Part shown: positions 51,196 to 63,162 of the stretch, one piece after another
Numbering within the stretch: the first letter of the stretch is position 1
Layout: each line of letters starts with the position of its first letter
Assembly (NCBI GenBank): GCA_051294905.1
Contig: CM119372.1
Span: 39,868,001 to 39,932,000, forward strand
Reading direction: 5' to 3'
DNA: 64,000 bases
Origin: Botryllus schlosseri
Taxonomy: Eukaryota
Translations under genes and position numbers: made by a program
The notes under the pieces: model-generated
What the model saw: only the letters and a program-made list of their open reading frames with translations
Told to the model about the DNA's origin: nothing
Databases searched by the model: none

Positions 51196-52209
51196 GTCTA
51201 GACTCAATAGAACATAGGATCAACATTACTGTTGTCATCATTACATCACACAATCATGTCATTCCAAATGCTCCTAAAACCGGTGCACAAGCGTGTATTT
51301 GTTCCTACACAGCGTTCAATAGTTCACGTTCACACATCACAAAAGCGATCCTTTACCGTGAACAACGAACAACGTACGCTTCATGAAGCTTGCACTTATC
51401 ACGATAAAATGTAGAAAACATCAAAGTATGTAAGTATGGAAATGTCGTTCCATACCATAGATTAAAATCTTCCATTCCATACCATAGGCCTACTTGCATT
51501 GTTCCATATTCCATACCAAAATATCGATCCATACCATACTTCCATACCATACGTCCATACCATACCATACCATGCCCTGGGTAGGATGCCATGTGTCGTA
51601 GAAAGTCTTTAATTCGTTTAACGCTCCTAATGAATCAACTCACAAACAACAAATTACTAGGCAAAACGTGGGCACACCACCCAGTCTTGAGAGAATCTTT
51701 ATTCGTATACATCGCACTGTCAATGCAATAGTTGGATCCTAATTCAAGATACCCTGACTGGTTGGTAGGTCGTTCGGCATCTCCCTATCTGTTCATTACA
51801 TTGCATTGTGTGTCTTGTATATCGCATTGTAGGCTACATTGTGTGTGTCGTGGCCGATGAAAATATAATCGGTCCATTCGTAGCGAAACGTATATGTATT
51901 CACGCCCAAAATGTGGTACACCTCGACAGAACCTAACTCAGAATGATATCGCAGACAGCAGTTATAAATCCTATATGACTATACGCGCATACATACCTAT
52001 ATACGTCCGTACTTATGTGTAGGGCTGGGCACAATGATTCGAGTACTCGAATCTGAATCGAGTATTAATTTTAATGATTCGAGTCGAGTAGTAAAAGAGG
52101 ATTTTTTCGAGTACTGTAATTATACGCTCCTCGCAACTGACAGGTAATTGACTAGCGAGAATTATAGTTTTGGTACTATTTTCCACTGAGGAAGGCTTGA
52201 AATACAGTC

Positions 52210-52482
52210 CATCCTCAAGATTACCGGACCACGACTGAACTATCGATCTCGCTTCCCATGACATGCCGCCCTATTTCTTGTCGCATTCTTTTTCTATACT
52301 ATCTTCTTTACTTTCATTCAGTGTGCAAGCCTCCTCTTTACATCGCCTAGGCCAAGGGGGTGTCAGATTCCATAGACTACTCCTTGTCGCTTCGACATCT
52401 TCCTGTCTTTTCATTGTATCGCATTTTTGTGGTGTATTGAACTGATAAAATTGCTAATAAACCAATGACGATGATGACGATC
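52210..52482 (+). repeat. Retroposon 3' fragment with (GAT/GAC)n tail
   Basis: Same sequence as 49097-49367 in the opposite orientation; AATAAA followed by a trinucleotide tail. Confidence 0.65.
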
Positions 52483-52673
52483 ATCCTATGGGGGCTCAAG
52501 ACCAACGTTTTTTTTTTTGGGGGGGGGGGGGGGCTGACGAAGTGCTGTTACGGCCCTGACTAGAGGACTATTCTAGTAGGGCTACTCCGTGAAAAATTTT
52601 TGTAGTTCGACATAAATGTAGACATGCTTGATGACTGTCGGATAGCCGTCGAGTCCACAAGTCAGGTCTATTT

Positions 52674-53809
52674 TAGGGTTACCATATTTCAGCAACCCAA
52701 ATTCCGGACACTCTTTAGCGCCCACTAGTGGATTTCAAAATGAGTTATGACGTCACACCAGCAAAGCTTTGCTCATAGACCAGAGGTCACGGTCACGGTC
52801 ACGGTCCGGTTCAGGAGCATGTGGCTGTGTGTTGCGTAACCGGGACCGAAAGCACATGTTTTCAGCCCCTCCCGCCCAAATAAACAATGATTGTGAGCCC
52901 ACACTATACGGTACTCGATGCAACTTCTGAAGGGAGGGTGCTTGCTATAGGAATCTGGTTTCTATATGCATCTGGTCGTTAAATTATTTGAATGAATTCT
53001 GTCAATAATATTGGTCGTTCCATATATTACTATATAGATACTATACTTACTCTCCGCCCACATTACCAGAGTTAGCGGTAGTGCTGGTGGAGGATGATGA
53101 GTTCGAAAATACTGGGAGCGTAATTGCACATTTTTAAGTTATGTTCATGTCCTACCGATAAGCTTGTTAATCAGCCGTATGCCGGTGCGCACCACGGAGC
53201 TTTATAAACACCCCACATCCAGTGGTTTCCAACCTTTCTTGGTCGCGCCTCCATCTCCAATTGGAAAATGTTCCGTGACCCAGATCAAAATTTTACGAGC
53301 TGCGCTTTCTAAAAGAAGTCAGCACCTTTGCTCAGACTTGCTCACGGGCTATTTTGCAAGATGATTACGTTCAACATTTTCGCAAATCCCAGAATAAAGG
53401 CAAACGACGACCCCCCGTTTGGAACCACTATCTTTGAATAAAGCATTTAAACGGCATTAATGATCTCTAGGAATATACCGTTCTCCTATAATTGCGATTA
53501 CAATTTGGCTTATTCCAGTAAATGAATATCGTTATTGTTTATATTTTATGGCAGTTTTTGCGAGGGTGGTAGTCTCCATATTAAAATCAATGAGTGTGAT
53601 AGTAAATCGCGCGCAGCGTGAAGAAAAATATCATACATCAGCATAAATATTACTAAACAATATTGTTTTTATGCTGATTTACGAAAAAAATTATTAGCCC
53701 ACGTCAAAATTCCGGACATTTGGCATATTTTAGAAATTCTTCCCGGACGCTAGTTTGAACAGTGAAATTCCGGACATGTCCGGGAAATTCCGGACGTATG
53801 GCAACCCTA
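52674..53809. mobile_element. hAT MITE, TAGGGTTGCCA family
   Basis: tagggttaccata...tatggcaacccta; perfect TSD gtctattt. Confidence 0.9.
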
Positions 53810-54019
53810 GTCTATTTGATATAGCGATGATCTGTTTTGGCGATAATATGGTAGTTGGAAGACGTGGACGCGCGTGTATCGTACTTATGTACTTTTGATA
53901 CCGAGGTAAAGAAGTTATTGAAGTTTTCGGGGCAGTGGCCACAGTGGAACTGAGACATAAACTTGGAAATTTCTGGTTTCCGTATATCTTTTATGTTTAG
54001 GACACCGAATCTTTTGAGC

Positions 54020-54069
<50 letters not shown>

Positions 54070-54073
54070 CGAG
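54020..54073. repeat. (GA)n microsatellite
   Basis: About 27 imperfect GA units; may be the tail of the adjacent SINE. Confidence 0.95.
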
Positions 54074-54084
54074 CAGTTCTTTTT

Positions 54085-54283
54085 TCGATATTAGTCTCTA
54101 TCCCGTGGTTCTTTTTGCTCTTGCATTCCTTGTGAGTTCTTTCATAGGGTCTTTGTCTGGGCTTTTTGTTGCCGTAAGAACAGAGATACGGGGGAAGAGG
54201 AGCCCAGATGATCATCCGACGCGGAATCAAACCCGGGTCTCTCGGGTAGCAGGCGCTATCGTCAAGACTGCTGAGCTACAATG
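54085..54283 (-). mobile_element. tRNA-derived SINE
   Basis: The minus strand begins tgtagctcagcag (A box) ... gggtttgattcc (B box), followed by a non-tRNA body. Confidence 0.55.
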
Positions 54284-54799
54284 TACAATTGAATAATATA
54301 ATCATATTCAAATAAAATCGAACATTTTTGGCTGTCAACCATCAATGTAAGTGAAAGAGACGTGAAAAGAACATCACATATCAACAATCGTATCAACAAC
54401 CTACTATAAAAAATCTGTAAACCCAGGGTTAATTTCACGTGATACTCGTGTGATACATGGACGATAAGAAGCGCCCCACTACGAAACGATGAATTTCACA
54501 AAAAGGTGGAGCTGGCAAGGATTATCGAATCGTAAAAATGTTGACGCTATTTCTTTTTCCAAACTCATCAATATATTTTAATGTATAGGCGAGCTCACCT
54601 CATTTTATACACTACTGCTTGTTTACCAATATATACACGTAATGCTTCTTTGTTCATTCAGCTTTATACTACAGTGAAAATAGTTGGAATACAGAATAAA
54701 GAGATCATTATAGAGAGCTAATAGTGAATGTGCTGCGGCGAGGTGCAATCGTGAGGAGCGGCTGCGGATTTTAAACATTGGACCAGTTATGCTGCGAAA

Positions 54800-54831
54800 A
54801 TGGTCCTTTCAACAAGACAACGAGATGAATT
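54800..54831 (+). CDS. PAFAH1B1: LIS1 (PAF acetylhydrolase IB subunit beta) coding exon 1
   Basis: MVLSTRQRDEL; donor |gtaagt. Matches the conserved LIS1 N-terminus MVLSQRQRDEL. Confidence 0.92.
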
Positions 54832-55217
54832 GTAAGTTTACGTTTAACCTTAAACTCTATATCAATCTCTCTGAGTCACTTCCCTGTATGGAATCGGTGT
54901 CCTGTGCTCACACAATTATTTATTATTTTTTATTTATTTTGATTAAATTACTTACACTCTGAGAATCATCGCTGCTCACCTCTTATATTAGGCAAAACGT
55001 ACCGAGATTTCAGTATGGCTAGAAACGTTGTCCCTTTGAAATGCCGATTCTATCTTCAATATTTCTCAGCTCCCCTGAAAATTTTCAGCAGTAATTAGTT
55101 ATGGTAGTTCGCAGATTTTTTAAACGTCATTAGTTCTACTTTTAGTTGTTCATTTTTAAAAACCAGTAGGATTTTCAAGTTAGGTGTCACTGCTCAGAGC
55201 GCATAGTCACTCACGAC

Positions 55218-55542
55218 CAATGTTACCTCTAATTTTTAACGAGTCTGCGCACGCTCACCAACCCAGACTGAAATCAGTGGTTGTTTTTGTCAATAAGTTG
55301 CGCGTGACAGAAGGATTTCTTCCATAGAATAATTAAAGAATTGAATGAAAAGTTGCGCGTGACGTTTGCCACCAATTCCACTCTGGTCACCAACTCACTG
55401 CGCAAACCTTCGGACAACAATGTGTAACGACTAAAATAAGGTCATCACTTCAGATTTTTTGTGCGCAACTTAGATTTTCTGTGCGCAGAGACCGTGTCAG
55501 CACTGCGCATTTGCGCACGTGCGCAGCTTATAGGGAACATTG
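55218..55542. mobile_element. hAT MITE (CAATGTTCCC family)
   Basis: caatgttacctcta...tagggaacattg; flanks ctcacgac/ctcacgag. Confidence 0.75.
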
Positions 55543-57268
55543 CTCACGAGCACGACGGTCACGCTATGTATAAGCTACACAAAAGTTGCCAATTGCGCTC
55601 AAAATTCGTGTTTCAGGTCAGGACGCACCACCTCTGCTCAAACTAAACATCTGGTTTCCTGTGCTCACACAATTCTTTAATTTTTAATATTCTTTATCAA
55701 ATTACTTTAACCTGGATAATCATCGCCTGCTCACCTGTTATATTAGGCTTGAACTAGAAGTACAATTATAGAACAACTCACTTTTCGAAAGTTGCAGCTA
55801 GAATTAGAACGAATGACCTTTAAAAATCCACTACCAAGTAACTAAAACACAACTAACTACAACTGATAGCCTGATGCAAATTACTGAATTGCAAATGAGC
55901 TTAGAGCTATTGGAGATCGGCATTTTAAAATGAATGGATTTTGAGTTCGAAATGGGAAGGGAATTGCTTCGAACCCAAAACCCGCCTTCCTCATGAGTGT
56001 ATGCCACTGTTAGTAGTGATGACTCTGAGCTAGCAATGATTGCAAGAAGATCACGGAACAGAAAACCCGTATCACGACTCACACCAAACGATTACACGAG
56101 TTTTCTAGTTGATCTACAACTAAACTATTTTTAAATACGGATCCAGAACTAGCCTACTCACTTTCCAACTCCACAACTATAGAACTAGGACTACTCACTT
56201 TTTGAAATCCGCCACTAGATAGAACCAGAACCATCGGCCACTATCAAGGAACAGAACTACTCAAAAACAAAACAGTAGTTTGTTGACTATCTATTATATA
56301 GGTATGTGTACAAGTCCTAAAACACAAATGTAAAAGATAATTTAAGTAATGAAGATATAGTATTAGTAAAAATGACAAAGTACAATCTGTAAATCTAGCG
56401 GCCATGTCAACCTACTGGCCAGTATGGAATTGGTGTTCATGGCTTGCAGACTTCATCTTCCATAGTTGCATGCGGTCACAGTTCGTTGATTTTATTTATT
56501 TAAATTGAAAAAAAGTTGGTGGACTCGGTCAACCCAAATGCTTATATTGCAGTTAGTATGTGGTTGTGGTATATAATGTTTTGACCTTTTCTTTTACCAG
56601 GATATATTGACTAGTATCTGTTGGGAAATCACTTCCACCTTGCCAGTTGCTGACAAGCATCTGATCTCTTGTAACTGACTAAGTGCATAGCTATTTGAAA
56701 TCAGTAATCTCACTCGTTACGCCGCAAAGTCGGCTCTGTCACGCGAGAAAATCACATGAAGCAGGATTCATTTTTAAAAAAGGACCGATATTCCATTCGG
56801 GTCTACTGGTACAAAGTATTCATTGTGCATATTAAAATCAACATGATCTCCTCCTATTATGCTCAATGTAACAACAGTGCTCGAACTTGATCTTTTTAAA
56901 TATCAATGTCTCATTTTCTTTTTTACCCTTTTCATTCTGTTTCGTCAAGCAACTATGCCTTGCCGTTCATAGAATGGCCTCAAACCCTTATATTGCAGTC
57001 CGAATGTCCTGAAAATTGAGGAAATCTATAGTTGTGAAGTCTACATTCTAATGCATATATTCTCTACTAGTTGCTGGTTATTAGTACCCTTGACGAGTGT
57101 CAGCCGAAAATATTCGGGTTCTTTTCAATATCAATATACTATTCGATTGTATAATGCATATAAGTAGCCTACTATTAAAATATCCTACCTGACATCTTCT
57201 CATCTCAGCATATCTCAGTAACTTAAATCATACTGCCCTTCTAGATTATGCCTACCTTTTTCTTTCAG

Positions 57269-57347
57269 AAATCAAGCTATTTCAGATTATTTACGATCGA
57301 ACGGTTACGAAAAAACATTCAATGCATTCAAAGCCGAGGCCAACCTT
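57269..57347 (+). CDS. PAFAH1B1: LIS1 coding exon 2 (LisH motif)
   Basis: Acceptor tttcag|; NQAISDYLRSNGYEKTFNAFKAEANL; donor |gtaagt. Confidence 0.94.
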
Positions 57348-57557
57348 GTAAGTACCGTTCGATTTTTATTTTATTTTATTTTTCTTCTGATGTGCAATTA
57401 TTTGGTAAGTAGGCCTATATTGGATGGCATTGAACCATTTTAACATATATTCGCAAATGGTCAGCTAATGCATATGCACACAGTGAATCAGATTTGGACA
57501 ACTAGAAAATTTTCAGATTTTATAAATTAGAGTAAAATTAGAATGATAGCTGTACAG

Positions 57558-58164
57558 TAGGGTTGTTCAAAAAAAACTTTTTTTCCAAATCTCGCTCGCC
57601 TAGTGACTAAATCGTCAGGTTGTCCAAAAAAACGATGCACACCAAATTTGACTCAATTCCAACCAGTAACGGCCGTGCAATCTTGAATTGAAATTTTTAA
57701 ATTATTAATAAAAATAAAAAAATTAAAATTCTCAAATTTTTCTGTCAACCCCATGAAATTGTTGAGCTGTCTTCAAAGACGATGCAAAACAAATTTGAGT
57801 CAATTCCGACCAGTAGAAGCGAAGCTATTGGAGTTTTTCGTTGATAATCCGCGGATCAAGGATAATCCGAGAATTATCAACGAAAAACTCGAATAACTCC
57901 ACTTCTACAAGTCGGAATTGACTCGAATTTGTTTTGCATCGTCTTTGAAGACAGCTCAACAATTTCATGGGGTTGACAGAGAAATTTGAGAATTTTAATT
58001 TTTTTATTTTTATTAATAATTTAAAAATTTCAATTCAAGATTGCACGGCCGTTACTGGTTGGAATTGAGTCAAATTTGGTGTGCATCGTTTTTTTGGACA
58101 ACCTGACGATTTAGTCACTAGGCGAGTGAGATTTGGAAAAAAAAGTTTTTTTTGAACAACCCTA
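57558..58164. mobile_element. Near-perfect fold-back hAT MITE (607 bp)
   Basis: Inverted arms of about 290 bp around a loop of about 24 bp; TIR tagggttgttcaaaa; perfect TSD ctgtacag. Confidence 0.92.
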
Positions 58165-58611
58165 CTGTACAGTGTATTTTCCAAATTAGATTAGAATTAC
58201 GGTACTTTATTCGCAAAATTTTGGATATGGAAATACATTCAGAAATAGAAATAAATCCAACAAAAATCATTTAGTTCATATCGAACCAGAGCACATTCTA
58301 ATAAGCATGAGAATAGCAAATATCAGTCCACCAACCTTGGCTCATTTCAGCGATAGGCCTACCGTTCTTCTGCAGCATTTTCAGTAAAACCAGAAACGAG
58401 TTTAAAATAGAAATGGGAGCTGAGCAGCATTTCACAAATTAGATTGAAATTCGATGACTAACGTTTTGCCTGAGTCAGCCTAATTAGACCAATCGAAATA
58501 TCTATCTAGCTAGTAGTCCAAGTCTGCTTTGAGCATTTATCTTAACGACTACAATATACCCACATTGTACAAATACGCGGAATGACAGCATAGGCCAGGA
58601 GGAGTGTGCAA

Positions 58612-59039
58612 AAGGGCTCTTCAAAAATGACTTTTTTTCTCAAATCGTACTGGCTACTTGATAAAATTGTTATGTTACCTAATTTAAGCCTACACACAAA
58701 ATTTGGTTCAATTCCAGCCAGTAACCGCTTTGCTACAGAAGAAGAAAGTTTCTATTTATTATATAAGAATAAATAATAAAAAATTTGAAAATTTTCTGTT
58801 CACCCCATGAAAGTGTTAGGCTGTCTATAGAAACGATGCTCACCAAATTTGGTTCAATTCCAACCAGTGGAAGCGGAGTTTTTTTTCGACGGCAATAAAT
58901 AGAAACTTCCTTCTGTAGCAAAGCGGTTACTGGCTGGAATTGAACCGAATTTTGTGTGTAGGCTTAAATTAGGTAACCTAACAATTTTATCAAGTAGCCA
59001 GTACGATTTGAGAAAAAAAGTCATTTTTGTAGAGCCCTA
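58612..59039. mobile_element. Fold-back hAT MITE
   Basis: aagggctcttcaaaaatgac...gtcatttttgtagagcccta, arms of about 140 bp; perfect TSD gtgtgcaa. Confidence 0.88.
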
Positions 59040-59364
59040 GTGTGCAATCTGCAGCCTGAAAAGAAACATTTTGTGTCCCGCAATGAAGTGGCAATTTTGA
59101 ATTGTTTTCTGCCTCGAAATAAGATTCCAATTTAAAATGGTGAAATGAGATAAGTGCCCAAAACACTCGAGATAAACTGACTTTTGCGCATGAATATTTT
59201 TAGCAGTATTTATCCAATAAGACTGCAGACAAACGTCCTCGATGGATCGTCCTTTTATTAAAGCTCAATTAGAATGCTGAGATAGAAACAACGTCGAGGG
59301 TCTAAAAATGGCTCAAAAAGCAACTAATTTTTGATTAAAACGAAACTACCAAATTCTTTTGCAG

Positions 59365-59439
59365 CCAGGAACGGTGGAAAAGAAATATGAAGGTCTCATG
59401 GAGAAAAAATGGACGTCAGTTGTGCGACTGCAACGAAAA
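59365..59439 (+). CDS. PAFAH1B1: LIS1 coding exon 3
   Basis: Acceptor ttgcag|; PGTVEKKYEGLMEKKWTSVVRLQRK; donor |gtagga. Confidence 0.94.
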
Positions 59440-59954
59440 GTAGGAAATGATATTAAATTGTTGACTTTTAACCTCGATGTTATGAGGTGCACTCATGATG
59501 ATGTGTGATGTCATTACAGTATGAATGGTTTGGAAAGTTGAAATATATACCTTTTATGCGACTACAAAGAATATTATGTCAGTTCGAAATGACAATAAAG
59601 ATAATTTGTTATTTTTTTGATGGCGTTTTGTGACAATACTGTGGTTTGATCAGGACTGCACAGATATGTCATTTCCAGTAACGTGAGTAGCTTTGTATGT
59701 TTCATATGCTGAGATCTAACTAATCCAAGTTTCAAGGTTTAAGCAATGTAAAATAATATCCAATCTGTAATTTTTGTTATTAAATAAACACTTAGCAGGA
59801 AGAAGCGTATCATTCCAGTAGGGTATTCATAAAAATCATATCTCCCTACCCGACTCGATTCATCGCATTTATGACTCGAATCATTGGGCTTAGCCCTAGT
59901 TATTCATCCTTATGCTGCGAATGTATTGGTGTAATCAATTGGTGTTATCTTGAG

Positions 59955-60161
59955 GTTATGGATTTGGAATCCAAGCTGGGCGAGCTCCAAACTGAGACGC
60001 GAGACGGCATCGTACCTCGGGACCGTAAAGACCCATCAGAATGGATCCCACGGCCGCCCGAACGCTTTTCGTTGAGTGGACATCGGACTCCTATAACGCG
60101 TGTTGTGTTCCATCCTGTATACAGTCTATTTGTTTCAACCTCAGAAGACGCAACGATAAAG
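59955..60161 (+). CDS. PAFAH1B1: LIS1 coding exon 4
   Basis: Acceptor ttgag|; VMDLESKL...[44 protein letters not shown]; donor |gtttga. Confidence 0.95.
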
Positions 60162-60239
60162 GTTTGATTTATGGCGGTGTTCGGAAACTAATTTTACTTG
60201 TCATGCTCCTCAATAAACCGGCCTTACTGGAATCCATCG

Positions 60240-60500
60240 TTGCAATGACTCAAGTCTGAGTTGAGTCGCCATTTTTTGGTGACTTGACTTGAGTCATTTT
60301 CTTGAATACGGAAAGTAACTGGACTGGACACTGGCATAACTGTGACTCAACTTGAGTCATTTTCTTCAATATCAAAAATGACTCGACTTGGGTCGAGTAA
60401 ATCTGTCTATTGACCCGACTTGTACTCGAGTCGCAATTTTTTGCTGACTCAACTCGTACTCGAGTCATTGTGCATGACTCCACCAAGTCATAATGACTCG
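60240..60500. repeat. GACTC/GAGTC-rich MITE remnant
   Basis: Many short gactc(a/g)...gagtc palindromes; similar to about 27770-28160. Confidence 0.5.
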
Positions 60501-60864
60501 AGAGAAGTCGGCCAGGAACTAACTGTCTTTTATCTGTTTGCATGAACCTCTTAAGAGCAGAAGTGGTCAAAGTAGTCAAGCAGCAGTAGAAGTAATGATG
60601 TAAATTCACTACAAGTAGAAGTAACGATTTTCAAGCAAGTAAAAGAGTAAGCATTATGGGCCTAGTTTTGCTTAAAAAACTGAAAACTGCCAAGTAGATG
60701 TCAGGGTGATGAATACGAGTCAGGGTCTCCACTGTAAGACTCGAACTCTGTGGTGAATTTACAATGTCTAAAACTATTAATGTAGCATCGACTTGTGACT
60801 TTATTACAACCCTGCTGGAATCTGTGATATCAATAGTTACCTGTAGCAATTCGTACCCCTATAG

Positions 60865-60961
60865 ATCTGGGACTATGAAACCGGTGATTTCGAACGGACC
60901 TTGAAAGGCCACACCGACTCAGTACAAGATGTTTCTTTTGACAGCCAAGGAAAACTGTTAG
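60865..60961 (+). CDS. PAFAH1B1: LIS1 coding exon 5 (WD40); the gene continues beyond the window
   Basis: Acceptor ctatag|; [32 protein letters not shown]; donor g|gtgagt. Confidence 0.95.
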
Positions 60962-62667
60962 GTGAGTTTTGGTCATAGTATTCCATATAATATTAACACA
61001 AAAACAATGCTTCTTCATGGCTATCAACAACTGTTCCGTAGACTAATTCCAGATTTTGTGTAGTAAGAGAGTCCATAACTTGATAACTACACAGTTTGAC
61101 ATTAGGAAAGATTGCAATGGATGTAGTTCCTCTACTGTACACTGCGGCGATTGGTAATTTCTATATCACTACCTTACCTTGAAGAGATCTGGAAATAACT
61201 GTTGTTGTTGGTGGCTCCTACTGGTGATATTCCATCCCTCAAATTATAAACGGGGCTTCGACGCTTGAATAGTTCGTAAGCATTTTTCGAATTCATTGCA
61301 GTTATGCCCTCTATTCTGATACTTTTATTTTCATTGACGGCTAACTAACTATATTCAATTGCAAAGCAAAAGCAACTCTTCCCACATGAACATTCATACA
61401 AGTTTGAAATGGGAGGGGTTTCGACCCTGAAGACCCACCCCTGGCTACGCCACTGTTAGTAGTAGTAACGACTGAGCAAGCAATGTCTGCAAGACCATCA
61501 CACAACAGAACACCGGTTTCATGACTCACACCAAACGACAACATGGTTTCTAGTTGTTCTACAAGTATTTTTAATGCGCAATCAGCACCAGAACTGATCT
61601 CTATTCAACATGCTCAACTAGAACTACTCACTTTCCACAATCCACAACTTGAACTAGAACTACCAAAAAAAGTAGGTAGTTGACCATCAACTCTCTTTTC
61701 AAAATCTGGAACTAGAACTAAAACTACTAAAGAAGTAAAAGTATGCCATACGTGATCCATATTAATTTCTGTCATTAGGTGCCGTCATAATGGGAATCGT
61801 ATATTGTTTCTAATCGTCAAACCCCAGTTCATGTTGTTGCATTGCGTTTATCATACAGTGTTGTTCAAGCTTTGCTTCATACTTTTGCCAAGTAGGCAAT
61901 AAGTACCAATTCTTCATTTCTCCTGACATTGGATATGTTCAAGTCTTCTCAAGTACTGACTATGAAGTTGTTTTTGCCTGTTAAGAAGTCTGTGTGGCAG
62001 ATGGGGCCAGCCACAATGATTCGAGTACTCCGAAGTAGGCTACTGTGTAAGGCCCTGTAATCTTCGATTGGTATCTCGGCACACATATCATACAATACAA
62101 ATCTAGACACGTTACTTGAAATGACATAATATCTGTAAAGATGTGATCAACCCACAGAATTTTCACTAATGCAATGAAATAGGCATGGTCGAAAAATTAC
62201 CAAATTATCTCAATTGTGATGTAGAACTGGGATTACATTCTTTGTGGTAGCATAAAATCTGTTGTGACATGATAATGAGTGACACTTGACTTCAATCTTC
62301 ATACTAAATGGAGAATTAAAATTTTCCCATCCCTACCAGCAAGGAAATACAATTGACAAATATTATTCTTGTATTGACAATGTGTGAAGGTGCCTTTTGA
62401 TGTTTACATTCAAGGTGAGCTATATAGAGGCGAGTATTATCATATGTTCACATCAACTCACAATTAATACAATATTTCTATTTTAGAAGCAAATAAAACC
62501 TAGTACATTACCCCTGGTTCTTTTGTTATATCCTAACCTTTCAAAATATCCTTCAGCACTGTGGAAAGGATGTGTTCATTCAGGTCCACTACAAAGGTGT
62601 CATGCTGTGTCTGTTAGTTCATCACTTCAACAGCGGCAAATAGTCTGAGATGTGGTCATCGCTCATC

Positions 62668-63162
62668 GGACTTGTACTAATGACTGGATGTTCATAATGG
62701 GCTACTGGAACTAAACCTAGACTTCGAACCGAGACCTACTCATTTTTCAAAACTAGAGCTAGTCACTTTGCAAAACTCGCAACTGGAACTAGAATTAACA
62801 ACCTTGAAAAGCCGCAACTAACTAACTGGAACACAACTCCATAGACTATATATTCAATTCCGAAATATCTCAATTCATTTTCATTTTATCGGAATCGAAA
62901 CAACTTTCCACATGAACATCGGTACAAGTTTGAAATTATAGATGTTCCGTCCCTCAAAACCCACCCCCTGGCTACGCCACTGTTAGTGCTGATGACTCTG
63001 AGCTAGCCATGGCTAGTTTGCAAAGTTTTCAAAATCCGCAACCAGAACCAAACTACTTCAAAAAATATGCGGCTATAACTAGAAGTAGTGGAAAAACCCA
63101 ATAGGCTCACCTGGGTAGTTAGTTTACCATCAACTATCTAGATTGGTAGTTTGTACAAGTCT
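62668..63162 (+). mobile_element. Representative copy of a dispersed family with ACTAGAACTACTCACTTTTCAAAA subrepeats
   Basis: Ends ggacttgtac...gtacaagtct. The internal module acccaccccctggctacgccactgttagt recurs, in whole or in part, near 26960, 29740, 37555, 55980 and 61435. Confidence 0.6.

Larger units (their letters stand above)
48144..51579. mobile_element. hAT MITE with (CCATA)n subterminal repeats, hosting nested inserts
   Basis: tagggcatggtatggtatgg...ccataccataccatgccctg; flanks tataggat/ggtaggat (6/8). Confidence 0.7.

Noticed and set aside
8868..54283. Functional tRNA genes at about 8870, 31250 and 54220
   Set aside because: A and B boxes are present but the cloverleaf stems pair poorly, so I treated them as SINE heads or pseudogenes.
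26640..63162. Strict orientation bias of the ACTAGAACT repeat family with host transcription
   Set aside because: Most copies are on the + strand, but an associated block is reversed at about 55030-55645, and the sample is too small.
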